64,000 nt of DNA from Stegostoma tigrinum. Its lineage: Eukaryota. Positions 23,586 through 35,224 of this stretch are shown here, piece after piece; within the stretch, counting starts at the first letter, position 1; the number at the start of each line of letters is the position of its first letter. The stretch spans positions 39,354,200-39,418,199 of the forward strand of contig NC_081363.1 of NCBI RefSeq assembly GCF_030684315.1. The letters are read 5' to 3'. A program made the translations under genes and the position numbers. Below the pieces are notes generated by a model, which worked only from the letters and a program-made list of their open reading frames with translations, was not told the origin of the DNA and made no database searches.

Positions 23586-24486
23586 GATATAAACTATGGA
23601 ATATTGATCTTTGAGTATCATTGGCTGATTTAATGATGGTGGGTTAACAATGACTGACTTGGCCTCAGAATAAGGGGCAGACCACTTACGACTGAGGTGA
23701 GAAAGAATTTCTTCACTCAGATGGTGCCGAAATGTTCGATTTCTCTATCTCTCAGCCTCCATCTTTGATTATGTTCAAGTCAAAAAGTGAGAGATTTCAA
23801 AATATTAAAGATTCCATGATGGGATAGTGTTGGAAAATGATGTTGAGACAGAAGGATTTCCATGGACTGAAATGGTTTTAAAAGGGACATTATATGTGAC
23901 TTAAAATGGCCATAAGAGTTACCTGACCCACAAAGGTTGGCCAGGTTTCATAAAAGCAGTGTGAATTAGATCAAAGATAATCTGAGAAAAAATTAATATC
24001 TTACCCAAGGGCAACAATTCCTCTAGCCATCAACTTGCCACTTCTTCAAGAGGGATAGAAAGATCCTCATGAGAATCTTTATATGTTGGAGATGGAACAT
24101 TGCCTGCAATTATCAAGCCTGACAAAATATAACATCAGGAAACATTGAATACACAGCCCAGCAGCTATTTAAAGAAGCAGAGTGGAGGAAATGGAACTCA
24201 GGATGCAGAACTGAACATTAGCAATGTCCACGTGATTATGGACTTACTCACAGAATAATTATTTCTACAACCTTCTCACCATAATTGTTAAACTGACTGA
24301 ACTCTAATTGGCAGCTGAACAATCTCACTCTTTCTCTCTAGCAGGAGCAAAAGTGCCAGTGACAGTGCAGGGTGGAAAAAAAAATCAAAGAGACAATAAG
24401 TTAAAGACAACTGCAAATTCACTCCTGATTATTATCCAAGAAGCCAACTAACCAACCATGGTTTCAGGTTAAAACCTTCCACCACA

Positions 24487-24790
24487 AGAGGGCATGATGG
24501 TAACTTCAAAGTCCCAGGCTAATATTTTGGGGACGTGGGTTTGAATCACTCCATGGCAGACGGTGATATGGTTAGGGTTAAATATTTACCATGTAACCAT
24601 TGTTGTGAAAACCCATCCAGTTCACTAACACCCTTCAGAGACGAAGTCACCCTTATCTGGTCTGGTCTACATGTGACTCCAGACCTGCAGAAATAATGAT
24701 AACACAATTGCCCTCTCGATAGCCTAACCAGTTCAGGGGCAATTACGTTTGCCAAGCTAATGCTGGCCTCATCCCAGTTAAAGAGAAAGA
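24487..24790 (+). mobile_element. Deu-domain SINE, degraded
   Basis: GGGTTTGAATC B-box and CTTATCTGGTCTGGTCTACATGTGACTCCAGACC core. Confidence 0.72.
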
Positions 24791-24822
24791 AATTAAGGAC
24801 ATCTAGAAGGTTCTAAACTGTA

Positions 24823-25440
24823 TCAGAGATAATGGGAACTGCAGATGCTGGAGAATTCCAAGATAATAATATGTGAGGCTGGATGAACACAGCAGGCCAA
24901 GCAGCATCTCAGGAGCACAAAAGCTGACATTATAGGCCTAGACCCTTCATCAGAGAGGGGGATGGGGAGAGGGAACTGGAATAAATAGGGAGAGAGGGGG
25001 AGGCGGACCGAAGATGGAGAGTAAAGAAGATAGGTGGAGACGGGGATAGGTGGGGAGGTAGGGAGGGGATAGGTCAGTCCAGGGAAGACGGACAGGTCAA
25101 GGAGGTGAGATGAGATTAGTAGGTAGATGGGGGTGCGGCTTGGGGTGGGAGGAAGGGATGGGTGAGAGGAAGAACCGGTTAGGGAGGCAGAGACAGGTTG
25201 GACTGGTATTGGGATGCAGTGGGTGGGGGGAAAGAGCTGGGCTGGTTGTGTGGTGCAGTGGGGGGAGGGGACGACCTGGGCTGGTTTAGGGATGCAGTAG
25301 GGGAAAGGGAGATTTTGAAACTGGTGAAGTCCACATTGATACCATTAGGCTGCAGGGTTCCCAGGCGGAATATGAGTTGCTGTTCCTGCAACCTTCGGGT
25401 GGCATCATTGTGGCAGTGCAGGAGGCCCATGATGGACATG
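24823..25440 (-). mobile_element. 5'-truncated PLE (end of GIY-YIG and 3' terminus)
   Basis: DMSIMGLLHCHNDATRRLQEQQLIFRLGTLQPNGINVDF. TSD TCTAAACTGTA at 24812-24822 and 25441-25451. Confidence 0.92.
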
Positions 25441-26179
25441 TCTAAACTGTACATTGTTTGACCTTCCTTTGCATATGTGTGTGTCCACAGAGGACATATG
25501 CTTGATGTTGCATGTTACTTATTTTTCTCAGAGTTAGCAAGTTAATTGCACTTACTTTCACTCATGAGGATTTTGTAATTGGCTCCTTATTGGCTGAAGT
25601 GAAACCAGATAATTTAATTGGAGCAAGGTATTGTTGAATGCTTCGAATTAAGCTAACCCTTTTGTTGTGACCAATTGAGATGGTTGAAGAGAGGGGAACT
25701 GGTTCACCTCTCCTTACCTGGTTGTATGAAATGGCAGGTGGTTATTGATTGTCCTGACTTCTGGCGATACATTGAAAGTCATTGACAGAAACAAAAACTA
25801 TACATTTGAGAAAATGGATCAGAAAAAAAGATAATTAGTCCTGCCCTTTCTCAGCTCACTTTCTTTGCCTGTGGCAAATGCAGCAGAGAATGTCATACCA
25901 GCGTGAGGTTCCTGAGTCATACCAGGCAATGCCTAACACAGAGTTGACTACCACTTGACAAACTGACTTCTTACAAGAAGGAAGGTCACCATCACTTGTC
26001 CGAGTCACTATAGCTTTGCTCACGGATTATTATTTCTACAATCTTCTCCACCATAAATGTTAAACTGACTGAACTCTAATTGCCAGCTTTATAAAAACAT
26101 AGAACAGCAACTGGTGATTTGGTGCTCCAGCTTGGTCTGCTATTCACGACCAAGGCTGATCTTCTAGCTCACTGCCATC

Positions 26180-26710
26180 TCATAGAGTCATAGGTGTAGA
26201 GTTATACAACATGGAAACAGACACCGGCCCAACGCATCCACACTGACCAGACATCTCAATCTGACATAGCCCCCTTTGCAAGCATTTGGCCCATATCTCT
26301 CTAAACCCTCCCTTTTCATGTACACATCCCGATGCCTTTTAAATGTTGTAATTGTACCAGCCCCCACCACTTCCCCTAGCAGCTTATTCCATGCACATAC
26401 CACTCTCTGTATGAAAAAGTTACTCCTCAGGGCCTTTTTAAATCTCTCCCTTCTCACCTTGAATCTGTTCCCTCCAGGAAAAAAATTCTTTGGATATTCA
26501 CCCTACCCATGCCCCACATGATTTAATAAATCTCTATGAAGACACCCTTCAGCCTCTGACACTCCAGGGAGAAAAGCCCCAGCCTACTCAGCCTCTCCCT
26601 AAAGCTCAAACCCTTCAATCCTGGCAACATCCTTATAAATCTTTTCTGCACCCTCTCAAATTTAACATCTTTACTCTAGAAGGATGACCAGAATTGTCCA
26701 CAGTATTTGA
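26180..26710 (-). mobile_element. CR1 3' end
   Basis: RRERFKKALRSNFFIQRVVCAWNKL...ITTFKRH, with a CATAGAGTCATAG tail. Confidence 0.85.
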
Positions 26711-28339
26711 AAATCATTAGCAACAAATGCTGGCATTGCCAACAATAATCACATCTCATAAACAAGTAAAGGAAAAGAACATTTTTGGACAAAGGGAGAT
26801 TGATAAACAAAGTAGTTACAGGCTAATCAGTTTAATGCTCATGCACTTGAAGATTTTAGAAACAATCAAACCACATCACAATGTTAAATGAAATAGTGTT
26901 TTTGAGTAAGAAGTTGATCATTATACTGCAAACAGAAGTGCTTAGATAGCAAATTTTGGAACCCTTTTCAGCTCTCATTTCCCAATCTGTTGTCTAGTTA
27001 AAAATAATCTAATTTAGTGATCATATCAAAATAGATACAGAAACTTTGGTGCTAGATAAGATGGGAGGAAACTTGGGTTCTGTGGCAATGTTTTGTAACA
27101 AGATCTACTGCACCAGTTATACAATAAAATGTCACTAACTTTAAAAATGTAATCTAGAGCAGGACCCACTTTGTAGACCAAAAGTTAACAGTAGCACTAT
27201 TTTTAAATTGCTTAAGTGTTCTCAAACATTTTGAGGCTAACAAAGTGCAGACTCTATACAGTAAAAATTTAGAAGCTTTGAATATATCTTCTGCTGAGAC
27301 AATGACAATATCCACTTTGATGTAACCATGTCCTAATTTGACATGTCAAACTTAACATCTTTGGGCAATTCTTTAACATTGCACTGTATCAAATGAAGCA
27401 AACTAATTCACGTGAATCATTACTTATCAAGGATCTTATTCCACATAATGTTATTTTGAAATGCATATCACATTCCAAAAGTACAGGTTTCCAAATGTAA
27501 AATTTCTTATTTGTATTACATATGTAGTATCATCACTTACTAGGCTCTGAAATTCAAACTTATGGAATATTTTTAAAATGGCCACTAAAGCAGCAAATGG
27601 CCACTGTGGGTCATCCGACTTCTCTTGTGGATTCAAAGTACTCCACTGTGTCAAGAGGGAGTGAAGGGAATGTTCCAACTGATGTCAGTCAGATGGGCAT
27701 TAACATCAAATTGAGTGGGTTACAGTCATCCAAACACTATGGCCTGAATGGTCTCAAACTTTGAATGTGTTAAGTACCAAGTCTAGATGTGTAATCAATA
27801 GAATTACCTGTCTCATTTGGAAAATGACTTTAAATTTCTAAAATGCTACGTATTGAGACTGGTGTAATTTCTGTTTGCTTTTGAAATCATCAGAAACCAT
27901 TTGCAGATCGAATTCCACCAGAAAGCCAGTGATCTAACTGCAAATAATTTAACAGCTACAATAATTAACAAGGTGGACAAGGATTCTCCTAATTTGTTTC
28001 AAGCATCAAATTCAATAAGGGGATTCAGCTTGTAATGTGCGAGACAAGGAGTATAAATCAGAATCTAAATTAATAAGAATTTATACCAGTTTGCTGCCAT
28101 TACATGTAATTAGACTTTGCAAAAAATCTTGATTGTGGGAACACTGCATGTAATATGATGGTTTAAATTTAGGTTAAGCATGTGAGAATAAATAACATTC
28201 TTGTGTTATACTCATAGAAGCTTCCTACTTAAGTTATTCAATTTGAATTTACACTCAAGTGTAAGAAATGATATAACTTTTACATTACCAAATGTCCTAC
28301 TCATGGGAAAGGGCGCACATGTCTGTGACAGTTGGGAAG

Positions 28340-28600
28340 CATAACAAAGAACAAAACATAGAAACAGGCCCTTTGGCCTACCAAGCCTGCATCAACACAT
28401 AATGCTTTCTTAACTAAGAATCTTTTGCCTCTACATGATTCATATCCCTCTATTTCCTACCTAGTCATGTACCTGTCGAGATGCCTCTTTAACATTGCTA
28501 TTGTATCTGTTTCTACCATCTCCTCTGGCAGCACATTCCAGGCACTTCTCGCATCTCCTTTAAACTTTCCCCTTTTCACGTTAAACCTGTCTCCCCTAGT
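28340..28600 (-). mobile_element. CR1 3' end fragment
   Basis: AACATAGAAACAGGCCCTTTGGCC tail and 3' UTR similar to the 13165 copy. Confidence 0.7.
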
Positions 28601-28727
28601 CATGATGTGCAGGTTCCAGTGTTGGACTGGGGTGGAGAAAGTCTGAAGTCACAAGGTACCAGGGTAAAATCCAACAGGTTTATTTGAAATTGCAAGCTTT
28701 CGGAGTGCTGTTCCTTCATCAGGCAAC
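28600..28727 (-). mobile_element. Terminal fragment of a third hammerhead-bearing (probably PLE-derived) family
   Basis: The minus strand reads GTTGC-CTGATGA-A-GGAACAGCACTCC-GAAA-GC-TT-GCAAT-TTCAAATAAACCTGTTGGA..., unrelated to the other two families outside the core. Confidence 0.65.
28689..28727 (-). ncRNA. Minimal type-I hammerhead ribozyme motif
   Basis: Stem I GUUGC/GCAAU, core CUGAUGA, stem II closed by GGA/UCC, GAAA, palindromic AAGCUU in place of helix III, cleavage triplet CUU. Confidence 0.7.
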
Positions 28728-29282
28728 TTCACATCCTTCTGGTAGTGGGGACACCAGAAAAGTACTGATCCTTATTCCTAAATGGCTTAAAACTTACAGA
28801 ATTATGGCCACTGTTCTCGAAATACTCCCCAAGGAAATTTTGATCACTTGGAAGAGCTCTTTCTCCAAAACCTGGTATAATATGGTGCTTTCCCGAGTTG
28901 GACTATTTACATAGTGCTTCAACAACCCCTTCTAGAGGCACTGAACAAATTTCCGACCATCCAAGCCTCTGGTACTAAGGGGATCCCAATCAATAAAGGG
29001 GAAGTTAAGATCACCCAGCACAATAACCCTACCATTTCTACATTCTTCCATAATCTATCCATGTATCTGTTCCTCAGTCACCTCTTGGCTGTTGAGAGGC
29101 CTGTAGTACAATCCCATTGCAGTGATTGCACCCTTCCTGTTCTGGAAGTCTACCCATAATGCCTTGTTGGATGAGCCCTCGAAGGTGTCCTCCTTTAGTA
29201 CAGCTGTGATATTCTCGCCTATTAGTAATGCATCTCCCCTACCTCTTTTACTTCCTTCTCTATCTCACCTGAAATATCTACA

Positions 29283-29635
29283 TTTTACAAGATGATGAGA
29301 GGCATAGATAGATTGGATAGTCAGAGACTCTTGCCCAGGGCAGAAATGACTATTACGATGGGGCATAACTTTAAGGTGATTAGAGGAAGATATAAGGGAG
29401 ATGTCAGAGGTAGGTTCTTCACACAGAAATAGATGAGCATGTGGAATGCACTGCCAGCAGTGGTATTGGAGTCAGACACTTTAGAGACTTTTAAGCAACT
29501 CTTGGATAGGCACATGAAGGATGGTGAAATGTAGGGTATGCAGGGTAGTTTGACCTTAGTAGGATAATAGGTCAGCACAACATCGTGGACTGAAGGGCCT
29601 GCACTGTGCTGTACTGGTCTATGTTTTATGTTCTA
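29283..29635 (+). mobile_element. CR1 3' end (nested)
   Basis: YKMMRGID.LDSQRL...GHNFKVIRGRYKGDVRGRFFTQ, with a TCTATGTT repeat tail. Confidence 0.85.
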
Positions 29636-30047
29636 CGTAAATCCTGGAACGTTAAGCTGCTGTTCTTGTCCCTCTCTCAACCAAGTGACTGGCATTTCTA
29701 TAACATCTTAACTATATGTATTAATCCAGCTCTCAGTTCATCTGCTTTACCTGCTTACTCCTCACATTAAAACATGCACACTTCAGACTGATAGTTCTTC
29801 AGCGTTCAATAACCTCTCCTGGTCTGTTCTTCCTCTTAGTCCTACTGGCTTTAGTTTCTAACTCCTCAGAGGTTTACTTGCTGATCTACTGCCACACTAG
29901 TTTAAACGCTCTGAGTGGCACTAACCATCTTGCCTGCTAGGGTATTCGTGCCCCTCCAGTTTAGGTGCAACTTGTCATTCTTGTATAGGTCCTATCTGCA
30001 TTGGAAGATGACACATGATCCACGTACCTGAAGCCCTCCTTCCCACA

Positions 30048-30922
30048 GTCCTTTCATATACACCATATACACTCAAGACTGTGTGGCCAAATTCAGCTCT
30101 AACTCCATTTACAAATTTGCTGATGACACCAATGTAGTGGGTCGGATCACAAACAACAATGGGGCATAGTAAGGAAGGAGATAGACAGCTTAGCAGCATG
30201 GTGTAAAGACAACAATCTCCCTCAATGTCAGCAAATGAAGAAGCTGGTCATTGACTTCAGGAAGGGGAATGGAGTAGCACCACTGCCAGTATCAACGGTG
30301 CTGAGGTAGACGTTCAAGTTCCTAGGAATAAACATCACAAACAGTCTATCGTGGTCCATTCACAGTTGACGTTACAGTCAAGAAAGCACACCAATGCCTC
30401 TATTTTCTCAGAAGGTTAAGGGGATCCTTACCAAATTTTATAGTTGCACCTTAGAAAGCTTCCCGTCCAGATGCATCAACTGCTCTCCCAAGACTGCAAG
30501 AAATGACAGAGAGTTGTGAATGCAGCCCAGTTCGTCACAAAAACTAGTCTTCCTTCCATCGACTCCATCTTTACTTCCCGTTGCCTTGAGAAAGCAGCCA
30601 ACATAATCAAACACCTCTCCCACCCTGGCTATACTCTCTTCCACCCTCTTCCATCGGGCAGGATAGATAAAAGTTAGAAAACACATACCAACAGATTTAA
30701 GAGCAGCTTCTTCCCCGACTTATGAATGAATGCCCCATATGATTGAGTTGATCATTCTCTTCATCTTCTCTGCAGCTGTAACACTGTACTGCATAACACT
30801 GCATTCTGTTCTCTTACCTTGGTGTACCTATGTAAGATACGATTTGTCCGGTTAGCATGCAATACAATGCTTTTCACTGTATCTCAGTACCTGAGACAAT
30901 AGTAAATCAAAGCAAATCAAAA
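30048..30922 (+). mobile_element. Rex1/Babar-type LINE 3' part (nested)
   Basis: TCCATTTACAAATTTGCTGATGACACC (YKFADDT), KLVIDFRK, FKFLGINIT, KAHQCLYFLRRL, and an (AAATC)n-like tail. Confidence 0.8.
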
Positions 30923-31371
30923 CAAGAATCAGTTCTTTAGCTATGTATGTAACGGTGCTATCTTCAATTCCTAGCCTCACTGACACATGGAACAGGAAGT
31001 AATCCCAAGATTACAAAATTATAGATCCTACTTTTCAACTTACTCTTCAGGGCTGCATCTCTATTCCTGCCTATGCTGTAAGTGCTAATATGTACCATAA
31101 CCTCTGGCTGCTTGGCCTCCTTTGTGAAAATGCCCCGCGCCTACTCAGAGATGTCCTTGGCTCTGGCAGGGGGCCAAGAGAAACAATACATTACCCTGGC
31201 GCCTTTTCTGTGGCCAAAGAAATATCTGTCTGTGCCCCTGACTATAGAATCCCCTGTTACTACCTGCTTTACTGTCCTCTTTGCCAATACACCAACTGTG
31301 GTGCCACTGCATTGGCCACTGCTGTGCCAATCCCCAATAGGCAATCATCCCTACCAGTATCCAAAATGGGA

Positions 31372-32060
31372 TAGAAATGTAGAAACATAGAAAATAGGTG
31401 CGGTCCATTTGGCCTTTCGAGCCTGCCCCGTGACTCAGTATGATTGTGGCTGATCATACAATTTCAATATCTCATTCCTGCTTTCTCTCCATACCCCTCG
31501 ATCCCTTTAGCCACAAGGGCCATGTCCAGTTCCCTCTTGAATATATCTAACAAACTGGCCCCCAACAGCTTTTTGTGGTAGAGAATTTCACTGGTTCACA
31601 ACTCTCCGAGTGAAGAAATTCTTCCTAATCTCAGTCCTGAAAGGTTTACCCCTTATTCTTTAATTGTGAAACTTTGTTCTGGACTTCCTCCCACATTGGG
31701 AACAATATTGCATCTAGCTGTCCAGTCCCATCAGGATACTATATGTTTCTCTAAGATCCCCCTCCACATTCTCTAAATTCCAGTCAATTCAGTCTTTCTT
31801 CAAATGTCAGTCCTGCCACCCCAGGAATCAGTCTCGTGAACCTTTGCTGGGCTCCTATATCACAAGAATTTCCCTCTTCAGACTGGGAGCCCAAAACTGC
31901 ACACAATACTCAAGGTGCTGCCTCACCAAAGCCCTGTGTAACTACAACAAGAAATCCCTACTCCGGTACTGAAACCCTCTTGTTATGAAGGCAAAGATGC
32001 CATTAGCTTACCTCACGGACTGAAGCACTGGTATGCCAACCTTCAGTAACTGTTCCCCCA
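31372..32060 (-). mobile_element. CR1 3' part (nested)
   Basis: TAGAAACATAGAAAATAGG tail and reverse-strand ALVRQHLEYCVQFW-type coding. Confidence 0.82.
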
Positions 32061-32894
32061 TGTTAAAGAGAGGGAATAGGCACAGGGGGTCCTGCACTGT
32101 CTGCCTGTCTCATCTAGTAGTTACCCACCTATCTGCCTGAGCTTTGGGTGTGCCCACATCTCTAAAACTCACGTCAATGATGCTTTTTGCTTTCTGCACG
32201 CTTCTAGGTGTGTCTCACTACCAAACTGATCCATGTGGTCTGACAGATGCTAAAACTGGACTCATTTCCTGCAGGTGTAGTCATCAGGGACTGATGTTCA
32301 GACTGTCTCTAATTTCCCACAATTTGGAATGTACTACCTTGCTCAAGGCCATTTTTACCCTCTAGCTATATACGATTTAATTAAAAATAAATTTCTTTGA
32401 AATTAATTTACAGCTAACTAGATGGCCACTACTGTCAAATTTTCACTAAAAAACACAAAACATGTTAATCTTTTAAAAATAGCTTAGGCATTATTCAGAA
32501 CCCCAGTACAGTACTATCTGTAATGAGGGCAAGAGGAAAGAAAATTAAACAGTAAAAGAAAGTTTTCCTGATCATTTTACTTTGGGTGACAGTATACAAT
32601 GCTCACTTTCAATTCAACTACTATTTGAAAACAGAAGTTACAGAAGATGTATAAAAGGTGGTGACGTCAATATTACTGTCAGCCAAATTACTCATCATCC
32701 CCTCAATGACCTTTGTCCACATCTGCGATGTCTCTCCGTGACTGTTATCTTCCCACACCTTCCCAACCTTGTTCCTCCCACAGTCTCAAGCTCCTCCGTG
32801 CCATGCTGCAAGTCACTTCCCTCCACCAACCAACCGCCATCTCCCCACTCCCCTGACCTCCCATAGACGTTGAACTAATACCACAAACTAAACA

Positions 32895-33590
32895 AGCAAA
32901 CTAAAGAACTGTGGATGCCAGCAATCACAAAACAAAAAATAAATACAGAGATTGCTGGGCCAAATTCAGCAGATCTGGCAGCAGCTGTGGAGAGAAAACA
33001 GAGTTAATGCTTCAGGTCCAGTGACCCTTCCTCAGAACTGATTGCAGTTAGGAAAAGGTTGGGATGGGGGTTTAGGAGATAGGTGGAGATGGAGCTGAGG
33101 GAAGGAACAGATAAAGAAGTGGATAAAGGTCAGCCTGTGAGAATCAATAGCTCCTGATGGGGACCATTAAGGAGCTAACAATGGATTGGCTGTGGTAGTA
33201 GTCCATCTGATGACAAAGTCTGGTGTGTGGGTATTGGAATAAGGGTGTGGGAGAAGATGCTTAGGCCCTAAAATGATTGAACTTGATATTAATGGTTGTA
33301 GCGTTTCCAGGCGGAAAAAGAAATAATAATGGTTCCCTTTAGCAGCTGCTGATAACCGCAGGCTGACCTTTACCCATTTATTGTCTATTCTCTCTCTCTC
33401 TCTGTGGACCCTACCTTCACCTATCATTTACTCCTCCCATGTCCTGCACCCCATCTTCGGCACATAAACCGACTGTTTCCGAGTTACCAAGAGTTCTGAA
33501 GAAAGGTCACTGGACCCAAAACATTAAGTCTGCTTTCTCTCCACACATGCTGCCAGACCTGCTGAGATTTTCTAGCAATTTCTGTCTTTG
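32895..33590. mobile_element. Older inverted PLE composite (family 2) with hammerhead remnants in both arms
   Basis: The minus arm reads AGTT-CTGAGGA-AGGGTCACTGGACCT-GAAG-CATT-AACT (33040-33000). The plus arm reads GAGTT-CTGAAGA-AAGGTCACTGGACCC-AAAA-CATT (~33491-33525). A GIY-YIG tail remnant FFRLETLQP lies on the minus strand. Confidence 0.7.
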
Positions 33591-34499
33591 CCAGCAGATT
33601 CCAGTTGTCGTCTTGCACCAACGCCATCCCTAACCCCAGCAGGGGAGCCTCTCAATCTGACCAGCTAGAGATGATAAAACTTTAGGAAATGCTTGATCCA
33701 CTGAAGATATTCCAATTTTCCAGCAGCACCTCCTTAATTCCCCTTCCCCACCCTCCAAGCCACTTTCATTCCCCGGGACTGACATCTCGAAACTTGGAAT
33801 AAACTCCAGACTGATTCATGCTGAAGTTCGTTAGCCGAGTAGCATTGTCCCAAAAACTAACATCTGAAACATTACAGTTAAAAAGAGGTACAATACAGTT
33901 GTTCGACTATTTAAGTAATGTTTATGAATATATTGTCCCCTTGTTCTGGTTTCCAGATTGCCAAAGACTGGATGTGCACTGAGGGATGCATGTCTGGGCC
34001 CTGCAGAAATCTGACATGCTGCTCTATGCGTGAATTGACTGGGAAGTTTAAACATTCCGATGGGCTGCTCCCCTGCATGGATATTACTGACGCTGAGTAA
34101 GTCAGAGACTTTCAACAATTGGATAATTGTTAAGAAAATGTTAGGCAGACGAAAACCTAACAAAATACACAGGTAACTGCAGAGCTGACATCCCAGACAC
34201 CTCCCTCCCAATGATCTGAATACTATCCCCTGTTGAAAATATTCAACATTTTGAATACTGACAACTCTTGCAACCAGACTACCTTCAACCTAATGAATCT
34301 ACCGCTCCCCTGCACCCACCCTCCCCCGCCCAACTACAGGACTACTGTGGGAGGAGTCTGTTAGCTATAACAAAACACAGGCTTCTCTTCTGATGGCCTT
34401 CAAGTGGTGACTACATCAATCATGCACTTGCAAAGTGTGAATTTAAGTCATTCATAATCATATCAGAATGTATGTGGAATGCATGAAGCGTACATCTAT

Positions 34500-35090
34500 C
34501 TGGAATGTGAGGCCAGAATATCGCAATATCACTGCAGGAGTCCCTCAGATTCAACCACCTTCAGTTGCTTCATCAATGTCCTTCCTTCCAGTACAAGATC
34601 AGGAGTGGGAATGCTCACTGTTGATTGCACAATGTTCAATGCCATTCATGACTCCTCAGATATTGAAGCAGTTGATACTTATATTAGTAAGACCCAGGTA
34701 AAACACTTCTTTGGGTTGTAAGTGGCAAATAGCTTTCATGCAGAAGGTACTAGGCAATGACCATTTCCAAAAAGAGAGAACCTAACCATTTCCATTTGAT
34801 TTTCAGTGTCATTAGCATCGCTGAAACCCCATTATCAGTAGCCAGTTATGTACGATTGAGCAGAAACTGAACTGGGCTAGCCATTTAAATGCAAGAGCAG
34901 ATCAGAGCCAAAGAATCTTGTAAAAACCAACTCATCTCTTGACTCCCTCATGTCTATTCATCTTCTATAAAGCACAAGGCATAAATATTATGGAATATTC
35001 CCACTTGCCTGGATGAATGCAGCTCCAACAACACCCAAGAAGCTTGACACCGTCCAGGACAAAGCATTCTAATTGATTGGCAGCTAACAG
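34500..35090 (+). mobile_element. L2/CR1-group LINE RT remnant
   Basis: ITAGVPQ...FSCFINVLPS...GMLTVDCTMF (degenerate FADD), then ...MEYS...WMNAAPTTPKKLDTVQDKA. Confidence 0.7.
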
Positions 35091-35224
35091 GGAATCAAAA
35101 TAAATCTATTGTATAAATGTGGAAAAGGAGAAGTGTGATTAATTATGGACCAAAATGGAGATTTACATGTGGAAGCACGAGGTAATAAATGTGGTGTGAA
35201 ATGAGCAATTTGCAACTACAAAGA

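Larger units (their letters stand above)
23895..25730 (+). mobile_element. Possible solo LTR carrying nested SINE and PLE insertions
   Basis: Starts TGTGAC and ends ...TTGTTGTGACCAATTGAG...CCTCTCCTTACCTGGTTGTA, resembling an LTR end. Non-coding; no internal genes or TSD confirmed. Confidence 0.3.
28740..32360 (-). mobile_element. CR1 5' region (ORF1 esterase and endonuclease) hosting three nested LINE insertions
   Basis: VVTGDSIVRGTDRYFFGHRKGARVMYCF..PARAKDISE (GDS esterase motif) at 31141-31290, with endonuclease-like pieces at 28740-29280 and 29640-30045. Confidence 0.7.
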
